From the NCBI RefSeq assembly GCF_009914755.1, contig NC_060932.1: a DNA stretch of 64,000 bases. One strand, 5' to 3'. Below are positions 26,198 to 39,390 of this stretch, one piece after another. Under the pieces are notes generated by a model. That model saw nothing but the letters and a program-made list of their open reading frames with translations. It did not search any database and had not been told where the DNA came from. The stretch comes from the human T2T-CHM13v2.0 reference genome, Homo sapiens. A program made the translations under genes and the position numbers. Numbering within the stretch: position 1 is the first letter of the stretch; every line of letters starts with the position of its first letter.

Positions 26198-26665
26198 AGG
26201 GCAACATCCACGTTCTGGGCTGCACTGCTGGACTGGAGAGCCAGTATCCAGTCTGGCTATTCACCATATAGCTGAGATAGGTTCAGGGGTCTCCAGATTA
26301 CCCCAGGTTTGTAGAGTATATGTATGAATACCAATTTGTGGAGTGTCTATTATTCCCTACCAGCGTCTTAATGCCCCCAAAGCATGAACATTATCTCAGT
26401 CTTAGTAACTGGCAGCCTCTCAAAGACCCCCATCCAACCTGCCCTACTTAGTGCAGCACTCTCAGATATACAACATCCCTGTCTACAACCGGTCGGGAAC
26501 GCGGAGGACCATATTTGGGCCCCGCAGAAGAATGTGGAAGATTTTCTGAGTCCACTGCTGGCAAAGACATGCATTACCCAGGCCAAAGAGTTGACAGGTA
26601 CCCTGCAGGTCAAGGGCTACTTTGACCAGCAGCGCAAAGCCTGGCTCCTGAAGAAGGGCTACTGA
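26198..26665 (+). pseudogene. MRPL49: Disabled MRPL49 coding portion of the retrocopy
   Basis: The start position reads AGG (26198-26200) instead of ATG. There is an in-frame TAG at 26278-26280, -1 frameshifts near ~26268 and ~26430, and a deletion around 26488-26494 that removes most of KDITHGNRQMTVI (parent protein recalled from memory). The original stop TGA is at 26663-26665. Confidence 0.9.
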
Positions 26666-27669
26666 GGTCCAGCAGAGCAGCTTGCATGACAACATCCCCA
26701 CAAGCTGCACTCCAAGGAACCTCAGGAGGAATAAGGTGGGTTTTGGAGCCTTGAGACAGGCAATCCAGAGACTCGGGCTAAGGGATTTGGTGGGGCAGAG
26801 TGAAGGCCAAAAGGATTCTTTGTTAGGTCTTAGTTGCATAAAGTGGGAAACAAGACCCTATGTACAGGTGGCAGCACTAGGTGAGCACTACCTGCCAGGA
26901 ACAGCCAAGCTAGTGGGGGCTATTAGCTCTTGTCCCTCCCCATCACCTTGGCCCATCCCTGCTTTCCCTTCATTGGTGCTCCTTGGGTGCAGCTATTAAA
27001 ATTCTAGGGGTTGTCACCTGGTGAAAGCAATAACCTAACTCCATTTAGGAGACTGTAGCAGAGGGCAGATTCATTGGGTACATTCCTTCCTTGGTCCTCT
27101 GGCCTTCCAGAGCTCACTGCCACAAATTTACCTGAGCCCTTGTCCTAGTTCAGACCTGGCTTGGCAGAGGCTATGGAGAACACAGATGATTCAGGCATGG
27201 GTCTTGGGGGTCTTCTGTTCCAAGTGCAGTGCTGAGCATGAGACACAGAGTTCCTCTGTTAGCCACTGAATTATTTCTACCTGATGGAGGAGTAAGAGGC
27301 CCAGACTGGGTGCCTGTTCCATTCCAGACCAGACTTGGGCCTAACCGGGTTTCCAGCTCCAGGAGATTAAGTGATTCGCTTTGGCAGGGCTGGCCACAAG
27401 CAGTGCCTGGGAGCTCCAAGTAGTCCAGTATAGGGCTATCCTCCCCAGCCTGCTGACCTGGAATCAAGGCTGGATGGGGGTTTGCAGGCAGGAAGATGCT
27501 GGCCTTTAAACCCGGCCATCCCATCCCATCCCACCCCCAATCAGCTAGCCATCACACCCAGGCCATACTTGGAATCACAGGCGCCAAGGGCCTGAGTTCT
27601 CACCCCCATCCCATCCTAGCATCAAACTGGCTAAGACATGGTTCAGATACTAGCTCTCCTCCATGGTCT

Positions 27670-27735
27670 CTGACCTAAGGTAGGGTACTGAATTTCTTTG
27701 GGACTCAGTTTCTTTATATGTAAAATGGGCACATC
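27670..27735 (+). mobile_element. MIR core fragment inside the retrocopy 3'UTR
   Basis: tgacctaagg..tttctttgggactcagtttctttatatgtaaaatggg. Confidence 0.6.
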
Positions 27736-29619
27736 TTTGTAAGGATATTCCTGGCTTACATGTTAAACCCTCACTCCTGGAGACTCCAGGACCCTCTCAA
27801 GTCTAAAGCCTCTGCAAAGAAAAGGAGCTCAATACATTGATTTAATGACATAAGCCCCACCAATCATTAATGCAAATTTTTAGTTAGCTGTATATACGAT
27901 TCAAGCTATTAAAATTTTTACAATATTTACAAATTAGTCTTCCGAAAAAAAAATGCCTTACAAGGAACTAGTACTGACAATAATGACAAGTCAAGATTAT
28001 TTGAATTGCATCAAATATTTCCATAACACTTATAAATATAAAATAAGACATAAAAATAAGAATAAAAATATGAAATGATAACATAATTTAAAATAAGAAT
28101 AAGCATATGCATCAAAGATTACTTGCACAGCTAGAAGCCCGCTCAGAACTCTAGTCAGTTAAGGAGCAAAATACACATTCAATAGAGTTTCAAATAAAAA
28201 GTTACTTCTGGAATGTATGGGAAAGTGACTATGTTCCCAAATAATTTAAAAGTTGAATGCAATCTTTTAGATTTCAGAGTGAAAGTGACTCTTGATTGTA
28301 TAACTTATTAAAATTAGAATCAGAGTTGCGTTTGGGCCAGGTGTCAGTAAACAAAAATGAGTGACTCTATCTCTAGTAACTCCAAATTCCTCCTTATCAC
28401 TTACTGCCTTGAGCTTCTCTCCTCAGTTATTTCGTGTCCAATGACAAGGTTCACCTGATAGACTGGTGTGGCCATAGGGAAAATTACCGCCAGGGTCCCC
28501 TCAGGCTGGCCAGTATTCATGACAAACTGTTAATGATTTTGAAAATCACTACCTCCAGTGTTTCCAGAGTCTTTAACTGATGCCCATTTACAAAAGCTAT
28601 TCATAGAAATATAAGCCTGATATCTAAATGAAACATAAGGTTGCTCTGTTACATCTCCTACAATGTTTGCATTTTAATATTGGCCATGCCTAGTTTAAGC
28701 CAAAGGGAGCCTCATTCTCTCTGCTTCATGTTTCCAAAAAGAGACCGCCCACACCTCGACTTCCGCTAGCCTCTGGTATCTCTCCATGATTCCTGTTCAC
28801 TCTTGTTGGAAATGGAGGACTGGTTCCTCTAATTGGTGGATTTGGAACAAAAAATTCAGATGTGCTCACCTCAGCCTCTCCTCTTCTGCTTTTTATGGAG
28901 CTAATCTATTTAGCTCACTGGTATCAACCCACGTATCTGGAAATTTGCCTGGATTATAGGATGGGCTTCAGAAGTGTTTACCAAACACTTACAAACATTT
29001 AACAAATGAATAATAATGAATCTGTTGAGTCAGTAACTGAATGGATAAATTTCATATAATGTGTCAAATATCAGCATGTCCATTTGGTCAAAGATCTGAA
29101 TCTACATTCTTCACATGGTTTGTCAGTATTTGAGTAAATAATTTTAAGTGCATCTATGTGTCTTTGATCCAACTCTAATAGTCTCAGAATTCAGTCATGG
29201 ACAAGGGGTATATTACTTGTTGTTTGTTCTGAAACCACTTAATAGAATTGAAAGGAAAATACAGCGAAGAAGAGTTAAAGTTAATATAATAGAAAACTTT
29301 TTTAAATGGAAGCTTTTGAAAAACCAGGATGTACCGTCGCGAGTGTAACATTCACCTCAATAGGTGAATATTAGTAGAGAATAGATACTTGTTAGATAAG
29401 ATGTAGAAGAGATGATCCCAGCACCAGAGAGAGAATTGGTCAGTGTCAAGTAATAAAAACAGGAACCACTCCAGATACTGCAAGAGAAGAGGGGCCAAAA
29501 GCAGGGAATAAACTACAAAATTGTTGGAAGGGCAAAAATCAAACAACCAAAAAAAAAAAAAAAAAAAAGAAGAAGAAAAGGAATATTGGAAGAGTGAAAG
29601 GGAGAAGGGAACGAAGGGA

Positions 29620-30045
29620 ATGTTACCTAGTTATCAGGGCTGTCTTTTCAATTCAAGACTCAACACACCAGCCATCCCTCCAGCTGATCTGCTAAAGATG
29701 TTGCAGAAACAAAGGAACATGGATTCCATGGATGCTACTGAAACCCCTACTGACATGTTGGTGACCCTGTCACCTGAAGTTGCTCTCAGAGCCCATAGTC
29801 ACCTCCCCATGTTATCACTGCAACCAGAGACACCACAGAAACAGAAAATAAATAATTATTCTTTCTTTCTCCTTAAAAAAAATGTCCTGCAAGGGCTTCG
29901 CATTGGCCAAATCTTACTGGAAACTTGTTAGCAAGGGAGCCTGGGAAAACTGCTTGGCATTCTTCCAGCTCCCTGCCATAGAAAAGCAAAGAAGGGTTTG
30001 AATGAAGCTGAGAGCCAGCAAGCAAGCAACCAGAATACCAGATAA
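29620..30045 (-). mobile_element. Ancient MaLR-type LTR (MLT1K-N class)
   Basis: cattggccaaatc..gcaagggagcctgggaaa..gaagctgagagcca motifs. Subfamily and strand are uncertain. Confidence 0.45.
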
Positions 30046-30914
30046 TGTATTCTTTCACATTTTTCAAGATCCAACAGAAATTTGTTAGAGGAGGAACACT
30101 ATTCACTATTAACCTCTCTAGAAATTACAGCAACAGACCATTAAAGACATTTAGAATAAATAACTAGCAGCTACCCACAGTCGCAAAAATATTTGTACTG
30201 AATTACAGCTGTCAAAGTATATATGACAGCTTACACTGTACATGGAGAGAATGAATTATAGAACTAAGAAATGCCAAACCTACCGACTATATTTATACTC
30301 ATAATGCAGAGTGAGGAAAAAATGGTGTGGGCAACTTTAGAAAGCCTTCAAGAGGAGATCAAAGGTAACGTGCCCTGGTAGGGGAGGTAGGATTTCAATG
30401 AAAGGAAGTTATTTTATACTGATAGAGAACATAAGCAAGGGAACTGAGGCTAAATGGGAGTAACAAGTATATGGAGAATATGGAAGAAGGAGTAAGGTAA
30501 GAAAAATCAGTCTCACTCAAGGATTTGAACATTAAAATAGGGTCCAATATGGCGGATATAAAGTTATACTTAAGGTGTGGAAAACTACAGAGTATTGAGG
30601 AAATGATGAAAATAGATTCCTTTGGAGTTCACTTTGTTAGATTTTATTTCACAATGTTCTATCTGAGGAAGGCTGATATTCCATTCTTGATTACAATCTA
30701 TAAACAGTGATTAGCCTAAAATATATGGAAGTTTGTTTGGGGGGGTCTTCTAAATCTGACTTGAGGTGTTATTTTGAGTGGTATTCGCAGCAACATTCCA
30801 CTTTTTCTGACTTCCTTTTCCTTTCTATACTAATTTGACCCCCATTTCTATCCTACTATATAAATATTTCTACGACATTAATATCAGCAATAGGAACAAA
30901 CCACTCTGAGAATG

Positions 30915-31155
30915 AATATAGTCTAACAGTTAAGAGAATGAACTCTGGAGCCAAACTACATAAATTCAAAACCCAACTCCACAAGTACTACTTATATGAC
31001 CTTTGATTTACTTAAAATTTTCTTAGCTTCATCTTTAAAATGGGGTGATGGAAGAATTTATCATCTAACATTGTTGTCAGCATTAAAGGCAATGATAATG
31101 TTAAGCACTGGCCTTAGGGCCTGACATATACAACATCATGTAAGGGTTAGCTTTA
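30915..31155 (+). mobile_element. MIR SINE
   Basis: gttaagagaatgaactctggagccaaact..catctttaaaatgggg..gcctgacatata. Confidence 0.8.
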
Positions 31156-32220
31156 TTTTTTCTGTTATCCCCAGCATGTGGTTTTAACTTGTGCATAAGT
31201 TCTCCATTTTGACAAAGGCATCATTATCCCCTGTTGCAACTCATTTCATTTTGGACCACTGAAATCATGAAGTCTTCTCTATACGTTTCTTCATATTGAA
31301 TTTGTTATAATTTCCAGCCATTGTTTCTATTTCTACCTTTGACGCTACCTAGAATTCATGCACCACATTCTCTCTTGAGTAGGGCAGGCTTTCCTAGATT
31401 GAGAGAGAAATAATTACCCTCTTCCAAATTCTCTTATTTTGCTCATATTAATAGCACTGTTCTTATATTAATACTTCATATTGTATATTTCTTAGATCTA
31501 CATGAACTTGATTATTTGCCTTTGGATCTCCATTTGCCAATATCATTCTCAAACATCCTAGTAACATCTGCCATCTCATGTCCAAAGATATGCACACTGG
31601 GGAACTCTCAAATGGCCAGTGGGACGGACATAAGTAAACTGGGGGCCTTCTACTCCCCCGTTGATCACCTGTGTACGAAACTGTCCCTGTCACCTGCAAA
31701 CTGTGACTTCTTTGGATACAGTGCTCAAAATAATCTCCCTTACTTGGACTAATAAACTGAATAGAGATAATCCCAGAAGAGAGAGACAAAGATACACTAT
31801 CAGGGCTCCCCCTTCACATTTGTGTTCAGCAAATTTAAGCTGTAAAAATGAAACACTTATGCTGCTTTCAAATGATCAATATTCACAGAAGTGTGTCATA
31901 GTAACCATGGATTAAAAATTATAATAATATGTATTAAAGTAACATAACGTCTTAACAGGGTCAAATATTTTTAATGATTTTTACAGACAAATGGTTCCTC
32001 TAAGAATGCTAACCTATTATTTAATGAAACTGTGTTAAAAATTAAAATCAATTAACCAAGTTTTTTCCTCAGCCATTGTATTTTATATTAGCAATGTGTT
32101 TTTCATATATGTTTCATATGTGTATATGTGTGTTTCTCATATATATAGCACATATATAGCAATGTGTTTCATGTATATGTTTTATATACATACACACATA
32201 CAAGGTAGTGAAGAACCATT

Positions 32221-32248
32221 GTGTGTGTATGTATGTGTATATGTGTGT

Positions 32249-32312
<64 letters not shown>
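32221..32312. repeat. (TG)n(TA)n compound microsatellite
   Basis: Read directly from the sequence. Confidence 0.95.
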
Positions 32313-32314
<2 letters not shown>

Positions 32315-35300
32315 TGTACACCAACATTGCCCAGTGCTAAAACTATATCTCACTTCAAGGAAATATTATAAAAATAGAATTGTGAAAATTCCAAAAGACA
32401 AACCTTTTCTAATAGTTGTACCATATGTCACCATATCTTATAAAATTATATATTAACTTGAGAAAATCCAGATAAAAATATTTTACTAAAGATAAAACCA
32501 ATGTCCATTTTGTAGAACTCATAATCTGCTTTGTATTATTCTAATGCAAGGGCAGGTCAGTGCAATTAACTTTGGGTGAGAGTTGTTCTTCTCCACCTGT
32601 GGTCCTTGGAGAGCTCATCCTTCTAGGCTTCCGGGTAAGCTGTCAGGTGCACTGCCAACCAAGATTCAGGCTTAGATTAAACCTTCAGGGCCCACATAAC
32701 AATTTATACCCTTGACAATTTTTTTCTGCTGATTGAATAATGGTATTTTATGGCCCATTTAAAAAACAATGTATTTGAGCACATTTTATTTGTACTACCC
32801 TAAGTTGCTGATCCTATAAAAAACTGTAAGCCAACTATAGTGTGCCGTCACATTTTTGGAGTTACGTATTTCCCTAATTGAATTTGTTGATTTATTGCTA
32901 ACAAAGATAAAATTTTCTATTTCAGCCAATTTTCTGGGATGTGAAATTGCTTCAACATGGAAGCAAATTCTATGACTTTGAAAAAAGTGCTTGAAATCCA
33001 TTTAGTCACCAAAATATTAACTTGATAGAAGTGAAACAACCAAGGAAAATGATCCTGTAAAGTCTTCTTTCAACTCTAAAATAAAATTATTGAAAGTACA
33101 GCTGCTTGAGCAGAAAAGTAGATTGTGACAACTTCTGCCACTTAAATTTTCTGAGTATAGAGTAAGTTTCATAATATTCTAGAAGAATATTATAATTAAT
33201 GATTATCAATTTCTTAAACTTTTATGAAATTTCATTATGTAATTAATATTTCATAACTAATATTTAAATAGGAAATAAAGTATTTCCAAAAGTCCATTAC
33301 AAATACAAAATCTCATAGCAGGCAATTGGAAATGCTGTACTTTTTCGATCTTTCTAAAATGGAAAAGGCATGTTCTCAATTTTTTTCTGAAATTTTATTC
33401 TATAATTGCTAGCTTAGATTAGAAAACAAAAATGTTTGATTGAATTTCCTAAAAGGTTTCTATTAGGTGGTAGGTATTATGCATACACTATTACCTTATT
33501 TAATAAAATATCTGTTGTTTCATTAGAAATTTTCTACTTATGATGTTTGATATAAACCCCCATTTGGAAATATAAATCTATCTTTCTCAGAGCAAATAGA
33601 AGGACATTGTCATGCTTGGAAATCTCCAGGTGTGTCTTTGTATCTTAGAAAGCTTAATGTAATACCATCATCCCCAAATTTGCACTAAGCTTGGCAAAAA
33701 GAACAGCAAATCCCAAGAAGCAATTAATCTTTTCTATCCTACTGAAGACAATAGCTGAAGTTTTAGAATTCAATATTCAGTCAGCATACAGAAACAACAC
33801 TTTGAAGTTATATAAAATAAAACGTGATGACTCTTTAAAAATAGTTTTAAAATTTGGCTGTACTCCACAAACATGAATCTATGCTGTGCCTTCTAAGTAC
33901 ACTCTCGCATTTCTTCCATACAGACAATGCAATGCAATGACATCATTTCATTATATGGAATGTTGGAAATATGCAAATAGAAAGGTCAGCAGAAGAAACC
34001 ACTGCAGAAAGAAGCTTGGTCAGGACAGCACAGCAGGAAACAGATTCAACATCCTTGTCTCCGACCTGTGTTTGCCTATGAACCCATCCTATTCACCATA
34101 TTGAGGTCTGATCCTACCAGCACCAAAAGAGTGAAGTAAGTTATACAGAGAATGGAGAAGTGTATTATTATAAAGTGCCAGAAATTGTTGCTGCAGGATT
34201 ACTACGGAGGATTAATCTAGTAGGTAGCCTAATGTTTTCCCTTCATAGGTTAAGTTGTAAAGGATGTTAAGATACCAGGTCAAGCATGCCAAATTACTTC
34301 CCAAAATTGTAGTACGGCTGGCAAAGGATATTTTGAGCTCCTATTTTCCAAATTCTAACTAACACCAATAGGGAATTATGCTTAGGTGGGAAAAAGATGA
34401 AATGGAAAGCATTTTGGAAATGAGGGGACACGAGAAAAGAGGAAGAGATTCATTCAACACACAGCTACCAATATCCATAATTTGGCTACTCAAGCCACAC
34501 TGATCCTACCTGAATTTCACAACCAATATATTTGGCTTAAGAAGAAAGCAGCTAATCTGACGAATGCTTACAGTGTTGAATAAGGAGATTGATGCTTTTT
34601 TGTAAAGCCACATGCACACGGAATACTGACGTTTCAGAAGAAAATTCAACTGTTGAAATTCTAACACATTGGAGTTGGCAATAAAGATTGTCACATAGTC
34701 CAAATTAGTAAGATTCTTAGCTCTCCTTTTTCAGAAACAACACAAATGATTGTCTAGCAGGAGAATCTCTGCCAGAAAGCTGACAAAATGCTGCTTTTGC
34801 TTCATTTTTGGAATTTTCAAATTTAGAATAGTAAAAGAAGAATTTGGCCACAAATTACTGACCTCTTTGTTTTGGCAACATAAATCAATGGTGAGAAGTA
34901 AAACAGGCAATCTGCGAAAACAACAAAGAAAACCAAGTTAAAACAAATATTGACTGTAAGTGGAGAAATGCAATGGAGAAATCAATCACTATTATAATTC
35001 ATCATTCATAGAAAAAATACAAAAATAGAAAAATTAAAACTTAAGCCCTGAAATACAAGATAAGCCCTGAAATACAAAATAAACCCTAGTCAATGAATTC
35101 TGAAAACCACATAGAAAATACTCTTTCCAAACGGTCCCTTCCTCCTTTATTTACTGCTTCACTGCCAGCATTTCTTCCATTTACATTTTAGGGAAATTAT
35201 TAAGTTTCAAAAGATCCACTTCTTTTGGTAATATCCAGTTGTTAACCCTGAAACTCTGTGACTGGCTGGGTCTATGTGGCAAATGTCAATGGAGGTAACC

Positions 35301-35840
35301 AAGATGCTTGTAATTTTCTAATTCTCTAATCTTCTAAGAATAAGAAAGCTATTTATCTCATGCTTTTTTATGAAAGTCTTTCTCCCAGCTATTTCTGACA
35401 CATGGAAGATCCCAACTCTCTAATTAGGACCCATGTTTGTTATGAAAACTTCTCTTATTTACTCAGCCTTTTCTCCTCCTGACAACATTCCTTGCACCAA
35501 AACACGTGTTTAGGTAATTTACTACATTCCTGCCATTCGTTTTCACTTTATCTTGTTTACACAAATACCTATTAGCAAAAGGGGAACAGATATTAGTTAT
35601 TAGGTTGAATCTCACACTTAGCTGTTCCATTTTAGTACCTTTTTCACATGACCATACAATGTTATCACACGTGTAGTATTCATCTTCTGTCCTCTTCATT
35701 CTTTATGCAAAGTTTATAATGAAGACTCCGAGGCCTATGTATGCCCAATCAGTTATGTGGGGGTAACAGAAGACATCTTCATTTGTAAAATTTTGTTTTT
35801 TTTTTAATAGAAAGAACACTTAACATAAGAACTACCCTCA

Positions 35841-36196
<356 letters not shown>

Positions 36197-37315
36197 CTAG
36201 GATTATAGCAGATCTCTAGAACTTACTCATCCTGCATAACCAAAACTTCACACTTGTTGATTCACAACTCCCATTTCTTCCTCTTCCCAACCCCTGGCAA
36301 CCCCAATTCTGCAATTTGCTTCTATAGGTTTAACTATTTTAGATACCTCATGTATGTTGAATCATGAAGCGTTCGTATTTCTGTAACTAGCTTATTTCGC
36401 TTAGCATAATGTCCTCCTCCTGGTTCATCAATGTTGTTGCAAGTGACAGATTTTCTTATTTTAAGGCTAATATGTCATTGTATGTACATGTTAAACTTTG
36501 TTCGTTTCTTGATGAACATTACAGTTTTTTTACATGTTAGCTACTGTGAATAGTGCTGCAATGAACACAGAAGTGCTAATATCTCTTTGAGACCCTTATT
36601 TTAATTCTTTTGGATAAATGTCGAGAGTGGGACTGCTAGATCATATGATGGTTCTATTTTAATTTTTGGAGGAACCTCCATACTGTTTTCCACAGTGGCT
36701 GTACCATTTTGAATCCTACCCACAGTGTGCAAGGTTTTCTAATTTCTCCACATCCTCACTAATAAGCTTGACTTTTTTTTTTCATATGTCATCCAGACAG
36801 GTATGAGATAATATCTCATTATACTTTTGAATTACATTTCTGCGATGATTAGCAATACTGAGCACTTTTTCATATGCCTGGTGGCCACTTGTATGACTTC
36901 TTTAGAGAGATGTCTATTTAACTCATTTCGTTTTAAAATCTGGTTGTTAGGTTTTTTTTTTTTGCTTTTGACTTGTAAGATTTCCTTATATATTTTGGAA
37001 ATTAACCTTTTATCATATATATACTTTGTAAAGATGTTCTCCCATTTTGTGGATCGTTTTTTTCACTCTGAGGATTGTTTTCTTTATTGTACAGAAGGTT
37101 TTTAATTTGATGTAGTCCCATTCATCTTTTTTTTTCTTCTGTTGCCTATGCTTCTGGTGTCATAGCCATGAAGTCATTGACAAAACCAAAGTCCTAAAGC
37201 TTTTCCCTGATGCTTTCTTCCAGGGATTTTACAGTTTCTGGTCTTACACTTAAGCCTTAAATCCATTTTGAGTTGATTTTCATGTATGGTATAATATAAG
37301 GGTCCAACTGTGTTC

Positions 37316-37712
37316 ATCTGCATGTGGATATCTAGTTTCTCAACATCTTTTCTGAAAGACTATCCTGTCCCCCTTGTGTATTCTTTGCAATCTTGTCTAA
37401 GTTTAGTTGACCATTTATGTGTGTGAATTTATTTCTGGGCTCTCAATTTTGTTCCATTGGTCTATATATGTTTTTATGCCAGTACCATACTGTTCAAATT
37501 ACTGTAACTTTATCTGCATGTGGATATCTAGTTTCTCAACATCTTTGCTGAAAGACTATCCTGTCCCCATTGTATATTCTTTGCAACCCTAAGATTGTCT
37601 AAGATTAGTTGACTATTTATGTGTGTGAATTTATTTCTGGGCTCTCAATTTTGTTCCATTGGTCTATATATGTTTTTATGCTAGTACCATACTGTTTAAA
37701 TTACTGTAACTT
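37316..37712. repeat. ~196-bp tandem duplication inside the L1
   Basis: Copy 1 is 37316-37510 and copy 2 is 37512-37712. Both start atctgcatgtggatatctagtttctcaacatc and end aaattactgtaactt. Confidence 0.95.
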
Positions 37713-38683
37713 GGTTACACTTTTTGAAATCAGGAAGTATAATGCTTTCAGCTTTGTTCTTTCTCAAGATTGATTTGTCTATTCAAGGTCTTTTATGACT
37801 CCGTATGTATTTTAGATAGTATTCTTTTCTATTTCTATGAAAAATGGCATCAGAATTTTAATAGGGATTGCGTTACATCTGCAAATCTTTTTGGGAATAT
37901 GGATATCATAAAAATAGTATGTCTTCCAATCCATAAACACAAATGTCTTTTCATTTGTTTGCATCTCAATGTATTTCATTAAAGTTTCGCAGTTTTCAGT
38001 GTATAAACCTTCCCCTTCTTTTATTCCTAATTATTTTATTATTTCATTCTATTGTATGTGAGATTTTTCCTAATTTTTTTCAGAGAGTATGTTTTCAGTA
38101 TATGGAAATGCAATTGCTTTTTGTAACTTCACTGATTCATTATTAGTTCTAACAGTTTTTTAATAGAGTCTTTAGGGTTTTCTATATATAAGATTATGTC
38201 CTCTGGAAACAGAAACAATTTACTTATTTTCCAATTTGGATGCCTTTTTTTTTCTTGCCTAACTAATTTTGCAAACACTTCCAGTACTATGTTAAATAGA
38301 ATTGAGGACAGAGGGCATCCATGCCTTGTTCCTAATCTTAGAGAAAAGTTTTCAGTTTTTACCATTGATTTAACAACTAGGCTTTTCACATATGTTTTTA
38401 TTATGTTGAGCTACTTTGCTTCTATTTCTATTTTTTCAGAGTATTTATTTATAAAAAGGTGTTTACTTTTATCACATGCTTTTACTGTGCCTGTTGAAGT
38501 AATTTTTTTCATCAATTAATGTATCGCATTAATTGAATTTTAGATTACCCATCCTTTTATTCCAGGGATAAATCTGACTTGGTCATAGTGTATGGTCCTT
38601 GTAATGTGTTGGTTTGCTTGTATTTTATTGAGGATTTGTTGGATCTATATTCATCAATAATATTGGCCTGTAGTTCTCTTGTG

Positions 38684-38982
38684 TTTTTTTTTTTTTTTTT
38701 TGAGATGGAGTCTCGCTGTGTCGCCCAGGCTGGAGTGCAGTGGCGCGATCTTGGCTCACTGCAAGCTCCACCTCCTGGGTTCACGCCATTCTCCTGCCTC
38801 AGCCTCCTGAGTAGCTGGGACTACAGGCCCCACCACCATGCCCGACTAACTTTTTTGTATTTTTAGTAGAGATGGGGTTTCACCGTGTTAGCCAGGATGG
38901 TCTCCATCTCCTGACCACGTGATCCACCCACCTTGGCCTCCCAAAGTGCTGGGATTACAGGCGTGAGCCACCACGCCTGGCC
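38684..38982 (-). mobile_element. AluY SINE
   Basis: gcaagctcc..gggttcacgccattctcc and ccgtgttagccaggatggtctc. TSD tcttgtg (38677-38683 / 38983-38989). Confidence 0.95.
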
Positions 38983-39390
38983 TCTTGTGGCATCTTTGTC
39001 TGGCTGTTATCTGGGTTATGCTCGCTTCATAAAATTAATTTAAAAGTGTTTCTTCCTCTTCAATAGTTTTGGAAAAGTTTGAGAATGACTGATGTTCATT
39101 CTTCTTCACATGTTGGACAGAAGTCACCCAAGAAGCCATCAAGTCCTGGGCTTTTTTTTTTTTTTTTTGGGAGATTTTGCTTACTGATATCATCTCTATA
39201 CAGCTCTGTTCAGACTTTGTAGTACTTCGTAATAAAGTCTTGGTATGTTTTATGTTTCTAGGAATTTATCAGTTTCTTCCAGGTTATTCAATTTGTTTGT
39301 GTATAATTGTTCATAGTAGTTTATTATGATTTTTCTTATTCCTGTGGCATCAGCTGTAATGTCTTCTCTTTCATTTACAATTTTATTTAT

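Larger units (their letters stand above)
26181..27953 (+). pseudogene. MRPL49: Processed pseudogene (retrocopy) of MRPL49, with 5'UTR stub, disabled CDS and long 3'UTR
   Basis: Translated segments match MRPL49: [31 protein letters not shown], and [44 protein letters not shown]. There are no introns. ATTAAA at 27908-27913 precedes an A-run at 27945-27953. TSD aaaaatgtctta (26169-26180) / aaaaatgcctta (27949-27960). The block is GC-richer than its AT-rich surroundings. Confidence 0.95.

Noticed and set aside
26682-27678. Several ORFs downstream of the MRPL49 stop
   Set aside because: They are open frames in the GC-rich retrocopy 3'UTR, where stop codons are less frequent.
29521-29931. 136-aa ORF with poly-Lys
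   Set aside because: TTG start; the poly-K comes from a genomic A-run, and the rest overlaps an old LTR.
32096-32456. VC/YI/HT-repeat ORFs
   Set aside because: They are translations of the (TG)n(TA)n microsatellite.
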